Origin: an uncultured Collinsella sp.
GTDB taxonomy: Bacteria > Actinomycetota > Coriobacteriia > Coriobacteriales > Coriobacteriaceae
DNA: 64,000 bases
Direction: 5' to 3'
NCBI GenBank assembly: GCA_900541715.1
Contig: UQLI01000001.1
Span: 92,321-156,320, forward strand
Below the pieces are notes generated by a model. That model was given only the letters and a program-made list of their open reading frames with translations. It made no database searches and was not told where the DNA came from. Made by a program: the position numbers and the translations under genes. Positions 8,879-17,724 of the stretch are shown in pieces (the stretch's first letter is position 1; each line of letters opens with the position of its first letter).

Positions 8879-9460
8879 TTACGAGAGTTTTTGAATCGCG
8901 CGCGCGACGCGGGCGATGGGTAGGCCCACCACGTTATAGAAGTCGCCCGAAATATCGTGCACGAGCATGCGTCCTCCTGTGCCCTGAATGCCGTAGGCGC
9001 CGGCCTTGTCCATGGGCTCACCCGAGGCGACGTAGTGCTCGATCTGCTCGTCGGTGAGCTCGTAGAACGTTACGTCGGTCACATCGACAAAGGACAGGCT
9101 CTCGGCGGCATGCGGGGCAGCCGTATCGCCTGCTTTAACGATGCAGACGCCGGTTGCGACCTGGTGCGTGCGGCCCGAAAGCTCACGGAGCATGGTGCGC
9201 GCCTCGTCCTCGGTTGCCGGCTTGCCCAGAATCTTGCCGTCAAAGGTGACGATGGTGTCGGCCGCGACCGTCAGCTCATTGGGCTCGGCATGTTCGGCGG
9301 CAACGGCGGCGGCTTTGGCGCGTGCTAAGCGTTCAACGAGCGTAAGCGGGGCCTCGCCATCAAACGGCGTTTCGTCGATATCGGCAGGAATGATGCGAAT
9401 GTCATAGCCCGCCTCGCGCATCAACTCGATGCGGCGCGGTGATTGCGAAGCCAAAATCAT
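8879..9460 (-). CDS. maf: Maf-like nucleoside triphosphate pyrophosphatase
   Basis: 193 aa. MILASQSPRRIELM N-terminus and KAGAYGIQG motif. Its start overlaps the stop of the upstream DJ-1 gene. Confidence 0.88.
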   Translation of the reverse strand: MILASQSPRRIELMREAGYDIRIIPADIDETPFDGEAPLTLVERLARAKAAAVAAEHAEPNELTVAADTIVTFDGKILGKPATEDEARTMLRELSGRTHQVATGVCIVKAGDTAAPHAAESLSFVDVTDVTFYELTDEQIEHYVASGEPMDKAGAYGIQGTGGRMLVHDISGDFYNVVGLPIARVARAIQKLS

Positions 9461-9999
9461 AGCTGAATGCCCTCGGCGACCTTATCGACGGCCTTGTCGC
9501 CGGCGAGCGTGCGCAGCAGCTCAAGCGCAAAGGGGAGCGACTGGGCCATGCCGCTGGCGGTGATGATGTTGCCGTCTTGCGTGACCTTCTCGCCGGTATA
9601 GGCGCCTTCGGGGAAGCTTTTCTCAAAGCCAGGGAAGCACGTGGCGTGGCGCCCCTCGAGCAGGTCGAGCTCGCCCAGGATAAACGGGGCGGCGCAGATG
9701 GCGGCGACGTGCTTGGTTGCGGCGAACTCGCGGACCACGTCGCAGACGCGCTGATCGGCGCGCAGGTTGGTAGCACCGGGTAGGCCGCCGGGTAGCACGA
9801 CGCAGTCGTACTCGTCAAAGTCGATCTCATCAAAGAGCGCATCGCAGGTCACGGGGATCTGCAGCGAGCTTACGACCTCACGCGTGGGCATGATCGAGAC
9901 GAGCGTGGCGCGCACGCCGCCGCGACGCATGACATCGACCATGGTCAAGCATTCAATAGTTTCAAAGCCATCGGCGGCGAGAACGGCAACGCTGGGCAT
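9457..9999 (-). CDS. DJ-1/PfpI family protein
   Basis: 181 aa from the ATG at 9999 (AAAGGA RBS). Nucleophile-elbow motif AAICAAP. The longer track ORF reaching 10206 overlaps the 3' end of the upstream gene. Confidence 0.85.
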   Translation of the reverse strand: MPSVAVLAADGFETIECLTMVDVMRRGGVRATLVSIMPTREVVSSLQIPVTCDALFDEIDFDEYDCVVLPGGLPGATNLRADQRVCDVVREFAATKHVAAICAAPFILGELDLLEGRHATCFPGFEKSFPEGAYTGEKVTQDGNIITASGMAQSLPFALELLRTLAGDKAVDKVAEGIQL

Positions 10000-10105
10000 G
10001 GGGGTTCCTTTCATAGGCGGCATACAATTAGCCGTCTTATACCCCGAAGACCTCCGCTTGCCACGCTCGATTTCCCAATGATTTTTCTGAGCAATGATCA
10101 TGTGT

Positions 10106-11419
10106 CTAGTTGCGCTTGAGGTGGACGACGGTTTCGCAGTGGAAGGTTTGCGGGAATAGGTCGACCGGCGTGATCTTGATGGGAGAGAAGGTGCCCTCCT
10201 CGACAAAGCGTTTGAGGTCGCGGGCCAAAGTTGCCGGGTCGCAGCTCACGTAGGCAACATCTCGGGCACTCGTACTCGCGATGAGGTCGATGGCCTCGGG
10301 CGCCAATCCTGCGCGCGGCGGATCGACTACCAGGACATCGGCGTCCTGGTCGGGGAACTCGCGCACCGCGTCTCCGCCAATGACGTCGACGTTATCAAGC
10401 TTGTTGATTTCCAGGTTACGGCGTAGATCGCGCACGGCGGGGCCGTAGGCCTCGACGGCAGCGACAAAGTCGCAGCGGCGGGCGAGCGGCAGGGTAAAGG
10501 TGCCGGCACCGCAGTACAGGTCCACGGCAAGCTCGTCTTCCTGCGGGTCGAGCGCTTCCATGACAAGCTCGATCAAAATCTCGGCACCCTTGGTGTTGAC
10601 TTGGAAAAACGATGGGGCGGACAGGCGCATCTGACCCTCGGCGATATTCTCGGTCCATGAGCCCTCTCCGGCGAGCATTTCGACCTTGCAGACACGGCGG
10701 GCCTTCTTTTCGCCCTTGCTCATCACGCGCACGATGCTCGTGGGATGAGCGGCGTCTGCCAGAACGCGGGAGACCTGCGAGCGCGGGAAGGAGCCCGTAG
10801 GCGTCCAGAGAGCGACCTCGAGCGCCTTGGTGCGGCGCGAGGCGCGAATGCCCACGCGCTCGAGGCCCAGGTCGTGGCTGCCGCTCAGATAGTTGAGCGC
10901 GCCGACGACCGATTTGAGCGCCTTCGGGAAGCGCTTATCGAACAGCGGGCACGTATCGACGGTCACGATTTTGCTGGGGTCGACACCGTGCATGCCAAGG
11001 CGCACGCGACCGTTGACGACGGTCGGTTCGAGCTCGATTTTATTGCGGTAGCCCCAGTCGTCCTTGGTGTGGCAGATGGGCTGTACCAACTCATCGACCT
11101 GCTCAGGAGCGAACTTGCCGATGCGCTCGAGCGTGGAGCGCAGGTTTTGCTCCTTGGCGGCGAGCTGTGCCGTGCGTGAGAGATTGCCCCACGAGCAGCC
11201 GCCGCAGATGCCCACGAAGGGGCAGGGAGGCTGAATGCGATCGGGGCTTGGCTCCAGAATCTCGGTGGTGCGGGCGCGCATGAACGACTTGCCGTCCTGT
11301 ACGACCTCGGCCTCGACGGTGTCGCCTGCCACGGCACCCTGCACAAAGACGGCCTTGCCGTTGTCGGCGTGCGCCAGCCCGTCGGCGCCGTAGGTCATCG
11401 ATTCTATAGTGAGCTTCAT
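10106..11419 (-). CDS. rlmD: 23S rRNA (uracil-C5)-methyltransferase, RumA/RlmD type
   Basis: TRAM-like N-terminus, Cys cluster CPFVGICGGCSW, SAM motif DLYCGAGTFTLPLA, catalytic VSCDPATLARD. Start taken at MKLTIESM. Confidence 0.83.
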   Translation of the reverse strand: MKLTIESMTYGADGLAHADNGKAVFVQGAVAGDTVEAEVVQDGKSFMRARTTEILEPSPDRIQPPCPFVGICGGCSWGNLSRTAQLAAKEQNLRSTLERIGKFAPEQVDELVQPICHTKDDWGYRNKIELEPTVVNGRVRLGMHGVDPSKIVTVDTCPLFDKRFPKALKSVVGALNYLSGSHDLGLERVGIRASRRTKALEVALWTPTGSFPRSQVSRVLADAAHPTSIVRVMSKGEKKARRVCKVEMLAGEGSWTENIAEGQMRLSAPSFFQVNTKGAEILIELVMEALDPQEDELAVDLYCGAGTFTLPLARRCDFVAAVEAYGPAVRDLRRNLEINKLDNVDVIGGDAVREFPDQDADVLVVDPPRAGLAPEAIDLIASTSARDVAYVSCDPATLARDLKRFVEEGTFSPIKITPVDLFPQTFHCETVVHLKRN

Positions 11420-11532
11420 ATTCCTGCCTGTCATTCGCGTTGTTGCTCGCACCATGGTAGCAGGGAAAAGCGCCCCGCATCCGAGGCTTTCCTCAAATGC
11501 GGGGCGCTTCTACAAACTGCTTCTACAAACGG

Positions 11533-14112
11533 CTATTTCGTCTTGCCGGTAATGAGCGTCTTAAGACCCAGGCCGATCAGACCCAGGCCCATGCGCACGC
11601 GACCGGGGCGATGGCGCTCGATGGCCTTGGTCTTGCCGGCGGGCTTATCGCGACGGGCACTCGTCCCGGGTGCGGACTTGGTGACCTGCGGCTCGGGCTG
11701 AGGTGCAGGTGCAGGCTCGGGCTCAATGACGGTCGCCTGGACCTCTTGGACCTTGGGCGTGGTCGGCTGCGGATCAGGAGCTGGGGCGGGCTTTGCCTCG
11801 GCGGCGGGCTCCGGAGTCGCGGTAGCGGGCTCGGGCGCTTTCTCCATGGCGGGCTCTGCGGCAGCCTCGGGCTCATTCACCGGGGGAGCGGCAACCGCTT
11901 CCGGTTTGGCGGCTGCCCCATGTTCAACCTCGGCCTGAATAGCTTCTTCGGCCACACGTTCCTTCTCCTGTGCGCGCTGCTGCGCGGCGGCCTCGGCGTT
12001 GCGATAGGCACGCTCCAGTAGAGCTTCCTGCGAGTTGAAGGGTTTCTCACCCTCTGCACGTTCCACGGGGACCCAGGTGCCGTCGCTCGTGAGGCTGCGG
12101 GCCTTCACGTTGTCCTGCAGCTGCATGCCCATGTACTCGTGCACTAGGGCGCGGCAGGTGGGGTCGAGCACGGGGAAGGCGATCTCCACGCGGTGCTCGG
12201 TGTTGCGTGTCATCATGTCTGCCGAGCTCAGGTAAATCATGTCCGAGTCCACGCCAAAAGCGTAAACACGGGCGTGCTCCAAAAAGCGTCCGACGATGGA
12301 GCGGACATGCACGTTCTCGGTCTTGCCCGGAACACCGGGCTTGAGGCACGAGATGCCGCGGATGATCATGTCTACGCGCACGCCGGCACACGATGCCTCG
12401 GCGATCTTGTCGATAACCTCGCGGTCGGTCAGCGAGTTGAGCTTAAAGAACACGCGGGCGGGCTCGCCGGCAAGGGCGCGCTGGATCTCGCGGTCAAGCC
12501 CGCGCATGATGAGCGGTTTCAGTCCGACGGGCGCCACACCCAGGAAGCGGTAGTCGCCGCGCAGGTTGCCCAGCGACAGATTGCGGAAGAACAGGTTGGC
12601 GTCTTCACCGATGCCGGGATGGGCCGTCATGAGCATAAAGTCGCTGTAGAGTTTGGCCGTCTTCTCGTTAAAGTTGCCGGTGCCCAAAAGCGTGAGGCGG
12701 GTGAGCGCCATACCCTCGCGATAGGTGAGCTGGCAGATCTTTGAGTGGCATTTAAAGCCCTCGGAACCATAGATGACGGTGCAGCCCGCTTCTTCCAGAC
12801 GCTCGGCCCACTCGATGTTGTTCTGCTCGTCAAAGCGCGCGCGGAGCTCCATGAGCACCGTGACCTCTTTGCCGTTCTCGGCAGCATCGATCAGCGACTC
12901 GCACAGGCGGCTCTGCTTGGCCACGCGGTAGAGCGTGATGCGCAGCGAGATGCACTCGGGGTCATAGGCGGCCTCGTGCACCAGGTCCAAGAACGGGTTC
13001 ATGGCCTCGTAGGGATAAAAGAGCAGCTTGTCGTGCTGCAGCACCTGCTCGCGGATGGAGCGGGTCATGTCGATGTTGGGATTGGGCTGCGGCCTAAACG
13101 GCGTAAAGAGCAGCTCGTTGCGCAGGTGCTCGGGAATCTTGCCCTCAATGCCGAAGACGTAGCCCAGGTTGAGCGGGATATCGCAGGTAAAGACAGAGCG
13201 GCGCGAAAGCTCGAGCGCCTTGCGGATAGTCTTGAGCGTTGCCTTCTCGAGCGACCCCGAGACCGCGAGCACTACCGGCTGCAGGCGCAGGCGCTTCTTG
13301 AGGATGCGCTTCATGTGCTGGCGGTAGTCCTCTTCCTCTTCGACGCCCTCGCCGTCCGGATCGATGTCGGCGTTGCGGGTGACGCGGATCAGCGCACGAT
13401 CCAGCGGCTTATAGGAGCCAAAGCAGCTGTCCAAGCAGGCGAGGATGACGCCCTCGAGCAAGATGTAGGAGTAGGTGCCGGTGGGCGAGGGGATCTCGAC
13501 CACGCGGTTCATTGAGGCGGGAATCTCGATAAGGCCCAGCAGGCTCTCCTCGTCGGTGGCGCCGTCCAGACCACAGGCCAGATAGAGCGCGCCATTGCGC
13601 AGGTTGGGGAAGGGGTGGCGCGGATCGATGACCAGCGGCGAGATGACCGGTGACACGTAGGCCTGGAAGTAGCGGGTTACAAAGGTGCGCTCCTCGGGCG
13701 TAAGCGAATCGATGCGGGCGCGGTGAACGCCCAAGGTGTCGAGCTTGCCCTCGATGCTCTTAAAGATGGACTCCCAACGGGTAAGGAGCCCGGGCATTTC
13801 GGCCATGACAGCATCGACCTGTTCGGAGGCGGTCATATTGCTCTTGTTGTCGACAGGTTGTTTTTTGAGCTCCGCCAGATCGGACAGGCCGCCCACGCGC
13901 ACCATAAGGAACTCGTCGAGGTTGGACTCGAAGATCGAGACGAACTTTAGTCGCTCGAATAACGGAACGGTTTCGTCGAAGGCTTCGTCGAGCACGCGGT
14001 TGTCAAAGCGTAGCCAGCTGAGCTCTCGGTTTTGCGTGTACGAGAAGTCGCGCGGCGGTTTGCGCAGCTTTGCGGCGGCTTGCTTCTTTTCGATTTTGCT
14101 CGGCATATGCAT
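11533..14112 (-). CDS. ppk1: Polyphosphate kinase 1 with a long low-complexity C-terminal extension
   Basis: NRELSWLRFDNRVLDEA N-terminus and both PLD-like HxK regions (FKCHSKICQL; RFLEHARVY). About 170 extra C-terminal residues are rich in P/A/E. The start is 14112 or 14106. Confidence 0.92.
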   Translation of the reverse strand: MHMPSKIEKKQAAAKLRKPPRDFSYTQNRELSWLRFDNRVLDEAFDETVPLFERLKFVSIFESNLDEFLMVRVGGLSDLAELKKQPVDNKSNMTASEQVDAVMAEMPGLLTRWESIFKSIEGKLDTLGVHRARIDSLTPEERTFVTRYFQAYVSPVISPLVIDPRHPFPNLRNGALYLACGLDGATDEESLLGLIEIPASMNRVVEIPSPTGTYSYILLEGVILACLDSCFGSYKPLDRALIRVTRNADIDPDGEGVEEEEDYRQHMKRILKKRLRLQPVVLAVSGSLEKATLKTIRKALELSRRSVFTCDIPLNLGYVFGIEGKIPEHLRNELLFTPFRPQPNPNIDMTRSIREQVLQHDKLLFYPYEAMNPFLDLVHEAAYDPECISLRITLYRVAKQSRLCESLIDAAENGKEVTVLMELRARFDEQNNIEWAERLEEAGCTVIYGSEGFKCHSKICQLTYREGMALTRLTLLGTGNFNEKTAKLYSDFMLMTAHPGIGEDANLFFRNLSLGNLRGDYRFLGVAPVGLKPLIMRGLDREIQRALAGEPARVFFKLNSLTDREVIDKIAEASCAGVRVDMIIRGISCLKPGVPGKTENVHVRSIVGRFLEHARVYAFGVDSDMIYLSSADMMTRNTEHRVEIAFPVLDPTCRALVHEYMGMQLQDNVKARSLTSDGTWVPVERAEGEKPFNSQEALLERAYRNAEAAAQQRAQEKERVAEEAIQAEVEHGAAAKPEAVAAPPVNEPEAAAEPAMEKAPEPATATPEPAAEAKPAPAPDPQPTTPKVQEVQATVIEPEPAPAPQPEPQVTKSAPGTSARRDKPAGKTKAIERHRPGRVRMGLGLIGLGLKTLITGKTK

Positions 14113-14210
14113 CTGTCCGTTCAGTCCCCACAAGGGACGGTAGCCTAACACTAATCACTATTGTCTCAATTTAGTCGACCTGTGGCACGGACGCATCGCG
14201 CGAACGGTAT

Positions 14211-14228
14211 CTTTACCTACTTCTTACG
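14211..14228 (+). promoter_or_regulatory. Candidate PHO-box-like direct repeat upstream of ppk1
   Basis: CTTTACC-tact-TCTTACG, two 7-mers 11 bp apart, about 100 bp upstream of the ppk1 start. The same architecture occurs at 43106 and 53938. Confidence 0.35.
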
Positions 14229-14300
14229 CTGCCAAGGCATGCAACTAACTGCCCAACTCGTTTAGAAACAATCTATATCCATACTCAATTGGTGAGGATG

Positions 14301-14360
14301 TATGAATAAGAATGATTGAGAGCTGAATATAATCGAATCCAAATTGAATCATGAACAAAC
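14301..14360 (+). promoter_or_regulatory. Candidate tandem ARG-box (ArgR/AhrC) array upstream of arcA copy 1
   Basis: TGAAT at 14303, 14324 and 14345, exactly 21 bp apart, inside an AT-rich island. The two 60-nt lines I counted are 32-33% GC. Confidence 0.4.
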
Positions 14361-14639
14361 GACATATATATGCAGAAAACCGTTTTAGCTATGCAATTCC
14401 TAAACATGAAAATATTTGTGCAATCTAGCTTAATTCCTTAGAAAAAAGAACATTTACCTTTGAAAACCTGCTTTAGAGAACCGAAGTGCATCATGGGGGA
14501 ATCATATGAGATATACCGTTCATCGCACTTTGCTGACCGTTCGGTGGCGAGGTGGAATTGCAGGTGGTTTTTGGATATAACTAGAGCTGTCAGCAAGCAG
14601 CGTCCCATACGGAGGGGCGCTGATACATTCGGCCAGTAA

Positions 14640-15906
14640 GGCCCGAAAGAAAGGTAGGAGGCCATGACGAAAGGTCTGCACGTGCCTTCCGAGATCGGCA
14701 AGCTCAGGAAGGTCTGCCTGCACCGTCCCGGCGACGAGCTCCTCAACCTGCCGCCCGACGAGCTCGAGCGACTCCTGTTCGACGACGTCCCGTTCCTGGA
14801 GGTCGCGCAGCAGGAGCACGACACCTTCGCCCAGATCCTGAGGGACCAGGGCGTGGAGGTGCTCTACCTCGAGAACCTCGTCGCCGAGGTGTTCGACCAG
14901 GTCCCCGGCGCCCGCGCCGAGTTCACCGACCAGTACATCGCCGAGGCCGGCATCCGCGGCCAGCACATGCCGCAGATCGTCCGCGAGAAGCTGGACTCCA
15001 TCGAGGACAACCTCGAGTTCGTCAAGAAGACCATGGCCGGCATGACCAAGTCCGAGATCGACATGCCCCTCACGGCGTCCACGACCCTCGACTCCCTGGT
15101 CAACTCCGAGTCCGAGTCCGACCTGATCATCGACCCGATGCCCAACCTCTACTTCACCCGCGACCCGTTCGCGGTCGTCGGCGAGGGCGTCAACCTCAAC
15201 CGCATGTACTCGGTCACCCGCAACCGCGAGACCCTGTACGGCAAGTACATCTTCAAGTACCACCCCGACTACAAGGACGTCTCGCTGTACTTCCGCCGCG
15301 ACTGCCAGTTCCACACCGAGGGCGGCGACGTGCTGAACATCAACGAGAAGACCCTCGCCGTCGGCATCTCCCAGCGCACCCAGGCCGCCGCGATCGACGT
15401 CATGGCCCAGAACATCTTCTGGAACTCCGACTCCAAGGTCGAGCGCATCCTGGCCTTCGACATCCCGGTCTCGCGCGCCTTCATGCACCTCGACACGGTC
15501 TTCACCCAGATCGACGTCGATAAGTTCACGATCCACCCCGCCATCATGGGCACCCTGCGCGTCTACGAGCTGACCGCCGGCAAGAACCCGGGCGACGTGA
15601 ACATCCGCCTGATCGAGGACACCCTCGAGCACGTCCTGGAGGACGCCACCGGCGTCGACCAGGTCAAGCTGATCCCCTGCGGCGGCGGCGACCCGATCGC
15701 GGCCTCCCGCGAGCAGTGGAACGACGGCTCCAACACCCTGTGCGTCGAGCCCGGCAAGATCTGCGTCTACGCCCGCAACACCGTCACCAACGACGTGCTG
15801 TACAAGGAGGGCCTGGACCTTCTCGTCGTGCCCTCCGCCGAGCTCTCCCGCGGCCGCGGCGGCCCGCGCTGCATGAGCATGCCCTTCTGGCGCGAGGACC
15901 TCTAAG
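14640..15906 (+). repeat. Direct repeat copy 1 (1,267 bp; arcA RBS plus CDS)
   Basis: Matches 17725-18991 at an offset of 3,085 bp. All forward and reverse frame translations in the ORF track are identical between the copies, and my spot checks of the nucleotides agree. Confidence 0.93.
14664..15905 (+). CDS. arcA: Arginine deiminase
   Basis: 413 aa. SEIGKLRKVCLHRPG N-terminus, FTRDP, HLDTVFTQID and the catalytic-Cys region GGPRCMSMP. GGTAGGAGG RBS. Confidence 0.95.
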   Translation: MTKGLHVPSEIGKLRKVCLHRPGDELLNLPPDELERLLFDDVPFLEVAQQEHDTFAQILRDQGVEVLYLENLVAEVFDQVPGARAEFTDQYIAEAGIRGQHMPQIVREKLDSIEDNLEFVKKTMAGMTKSEIDMPLTASTTLDSLVNSESESDLIIDPMPNLYFTRDPFAVVGEGVNLNRMYSVTRNRETLYGKYIFKYHPDYKDVSLYFRRDCQFHTEGGDVLNINEKTLAVGISQRTQAAAIDVMAQNIFWNSDSKVERILAFDIPVSRAFMHLDTVFTQIDVDKFTIHPAIMGTLRVYELTAGKNPGDVNIRLIEDTLEHVLEDATGVDQVKLIPCGGGDPIAASREQWNDGSNTLCVEPGKICVYARNTVTNDVLYKEGLDLLVVPSAELSRGRGGPRCMSMPFWREDL

Positions 15907-15965
15907 GTCTTCAAGGACCCGTACAGGTCATAATACATACATCTAGCTGCCATTAGATGTCTCCC

Positions 15966-15999
15966 ATTGGGGCGGTGCGGGTTTTCGCACCGCCCCAAT
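15966..15999 (+). terminator. Terminator-like hairpin after arcA copy 1
   Basis: Perfect 14-bp stem: attggggcggtgcg (15966-15979) pairs with cgcaccgccccaat (15986-15999). The T tail is weak. Confidence 0.55.
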
Positions 16000-16054
16000 C
16001 TTGTATGAGGGACGTCAACACGATTGGATGACTGCTTTTGTAAGGAGCTTGGCC

Positions 16055-17179
16055 ATGGACATCAAGACGATTGGCGTTGAGGAATGGCTCAACGTTTGGG
16101 AGAAGAGTGCCACGTGGGACATCGCCCAGTCGACGATCTCGTCGCTCACCATGGGCGAGCTGCGCGCGCTCGATGAGCAGGACGGCGCCACGTTCTACGA
16201 GCGCCTGGACCGCGAGAAGATGAACTACGGCTGGATCGAGGGCTCGCCGGAGTTTAAGGCCGAGGTTGCCAAGCTGTATCGTCGCGAGGTCAATCCCGAC
16301 CACATTCTGCAGACCAATGGCTGCACGGGTGCGAACCTCAACGCCATCATGGCCGTGGTCGAGCCCGGCGACCACGTTATCGCCGAGTGGCCTACCTATG
16401 CGCCGCTCTATGAGATCCCACGTACGCTCGGCGCCGAGGTCGAGTATTGGGAGCTTCGCGAGGGGCTCGGATGGAAACCCGATATCGAACAGCTCAAGCG
16501 CCTCGTTCGTCCCAACACGAAGCTCATCTGCATCAACAACGCATCGAACCCCATCGGTACGGTGCTCGATGCCGATATGCTCGGCCAGATTGCCGAGATC
16601 GCCCGCTCGGTGGGCGCCTATGTGCTGTGCGACGAGGTGTACCTGCCGCTTGAGAACACCGAGGCCTTTATGTCGATGGTCGACGTGTACGAGAGGGCCA
16701 TTGTCACCAACTCGTTGTCGAAGACCTATTCGACGCCTGCGGCCCGCGTGGGCTGGGTCGTGGCCGACGAAGAGGTGTCCAACCGCATCCGTACCTATCG
16801 CGATTACACCATGATCTGCGGCGGTGTGTTCAACGACGCCTTGGCGACCTATGTGCTTGAGCACAAGGACAAGATCCTCGAGCGCAATCGCAAGATCGTG
16901 TTTGGCAACCGCGATATCGCGCAGGCTTGGATCGATACGCAGCATCGCGTTTCCTGGACGGCCCCACAGGGCGTGTCTACCTCGTTTATCCAGCTGGATA
17001 TTCCCGAGGACGACGAGGAGTTCTGCAAGCGCCTGCTGTCCGAGAGGGGAGTGCTGCTGGTACCCGGCAGCCGCTTTGAGCTTCCCTGTGGCGCACGCCT
17101 GGGCTACTGCGCGAGCGAGGACGTTCTGCGCGAGGGCCTGAGGCTTTTGGGCGAGGCGCTGGCGGAGTTTGATCGCTAG
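16055..17179 (+). CDS. Class I/II PLP-dependent aminotransferase
   Basis: About 374 aa from MDIKTIGV (AAGGAG RBS). PLP-lysine motif SLSKTYS, and NASNPIGTV. Confidence 0.85.
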   Translation: MDIKTIGVEEWLNVWEKSATWDIAQSTISSLTMGELRALDEQDGATFYERLDREKMNYGWIEGSPEFKAEVAKLYRREVNPDHILQTNGCTGANLNAIMAVVEPGDHVIAEWPTYAPLYEIPRTLGAEVEYWELREGLGWKPDIEQLKRLVRPNTKLICINNASNPIGTVLDADMLGQIAEIARSVGAYVLCDEVYLPLENTEAFMSMVDVYERAIVTNSLSKTYSTPAARVGWVVADEEVSNRIRTYRDYTMICGGVFNDALATYVLEHKDKILERNRKIVFGNRDIAQAWIDTQHRVSWTAPQGVSTSFIQLDIPEDDEEFCKRLLSERGVLLVPGSRFELPCGARLGYCASEDVLREGLRLLGEALAEFDR

Positions 17180-17230
17180 GATTCCGACGGCTCTCAAAGC
17201 CGCTCAAATCTGTCTACGATTATCGATAAC

Positions 17231-17266
17231 AGTCCCGTTTCCCATGAGGGGAGCGGGACTTTTTTC
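17231..17266 (+). terminator. Intrinsic terminator of the aminotransferase gene
   Basis: agtcccg...cgggact hairpin followed by ttttt (17261-17265). Confidence 0.7.
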
Positions 17267-17387
17267 TATACCGAGAAGTCAAGTTGTTACAAATGAGGCC
17301 GTAAGGTGAGCCGGTATTCGCTGGGCCTTATACTGAGCTTCCGGTGAACGGTATCAAGTGTCTGGTAAACGGTAATTTGTTACCAGA

Positions 17388-17462
17388 AATGAATAGGACA
17401 AACTTTTTTCTGAATAAAAATGAAAATGGTTGAGACGCGGTATGAATCGCTAATTCTATTCA
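17388..17462 (+). promoter_or_regulatory. Candidate ARG-box array upstream of arcA copy 2
   Basis: TGAAT at 17390 and 17411 (21 bp apart) and at 17443. cTGAATAAAAATGAAAAt (17410-17427) resembles the Bacillus AhrC ARG-box consensus as I recall it. TGAATcgctaATTCt is near-palindromic. Confidence 0.4.
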
Positions 17463-17724
17463 TAGCTTTATTGGAAATATGCAATTTGAGGGTGGTTTAA
17501 TAAAGTTTAGTTCCATTTGCTATCTGGATTGAAAACGCGGTTAAGCACGTAAATAAACTTTATTAAATCAAAGTGTGCCATGCGTGAAGTATATGTGTAT
17601 GCCGTTCACCCCTCATATAAAACCGTTCGGGGCGAGGTGGAAGTATGAGCTGATTTTGGATATAAATATGTCGTCAGCAATAACGCCTCACACGGAGGGG
17701 CGCTAACGAATCGGCCCTGACAGG

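Noticed and set aside
9999-10206. N-terminal 69 codons of the 249-aa DJ-1 ORF
   Set aside because: The translation is Ser/Arg/Pro-rich junk and overlaps the rlmD 3' end. DJ-1 homology and an AAAGGA RBS begin at 9999.
14351-14428. 25-codon ORF (MNKRHIYAENRFSYAIPKHENICAI) in the AT-rich region upstream of arcA copy 1, considered as a leader peptide
   Set aside because: There is no RBS, and I found no matching ORF in the homologous copy 2 upstream region. It is most likely a chance ORF in AT-rich DNA.
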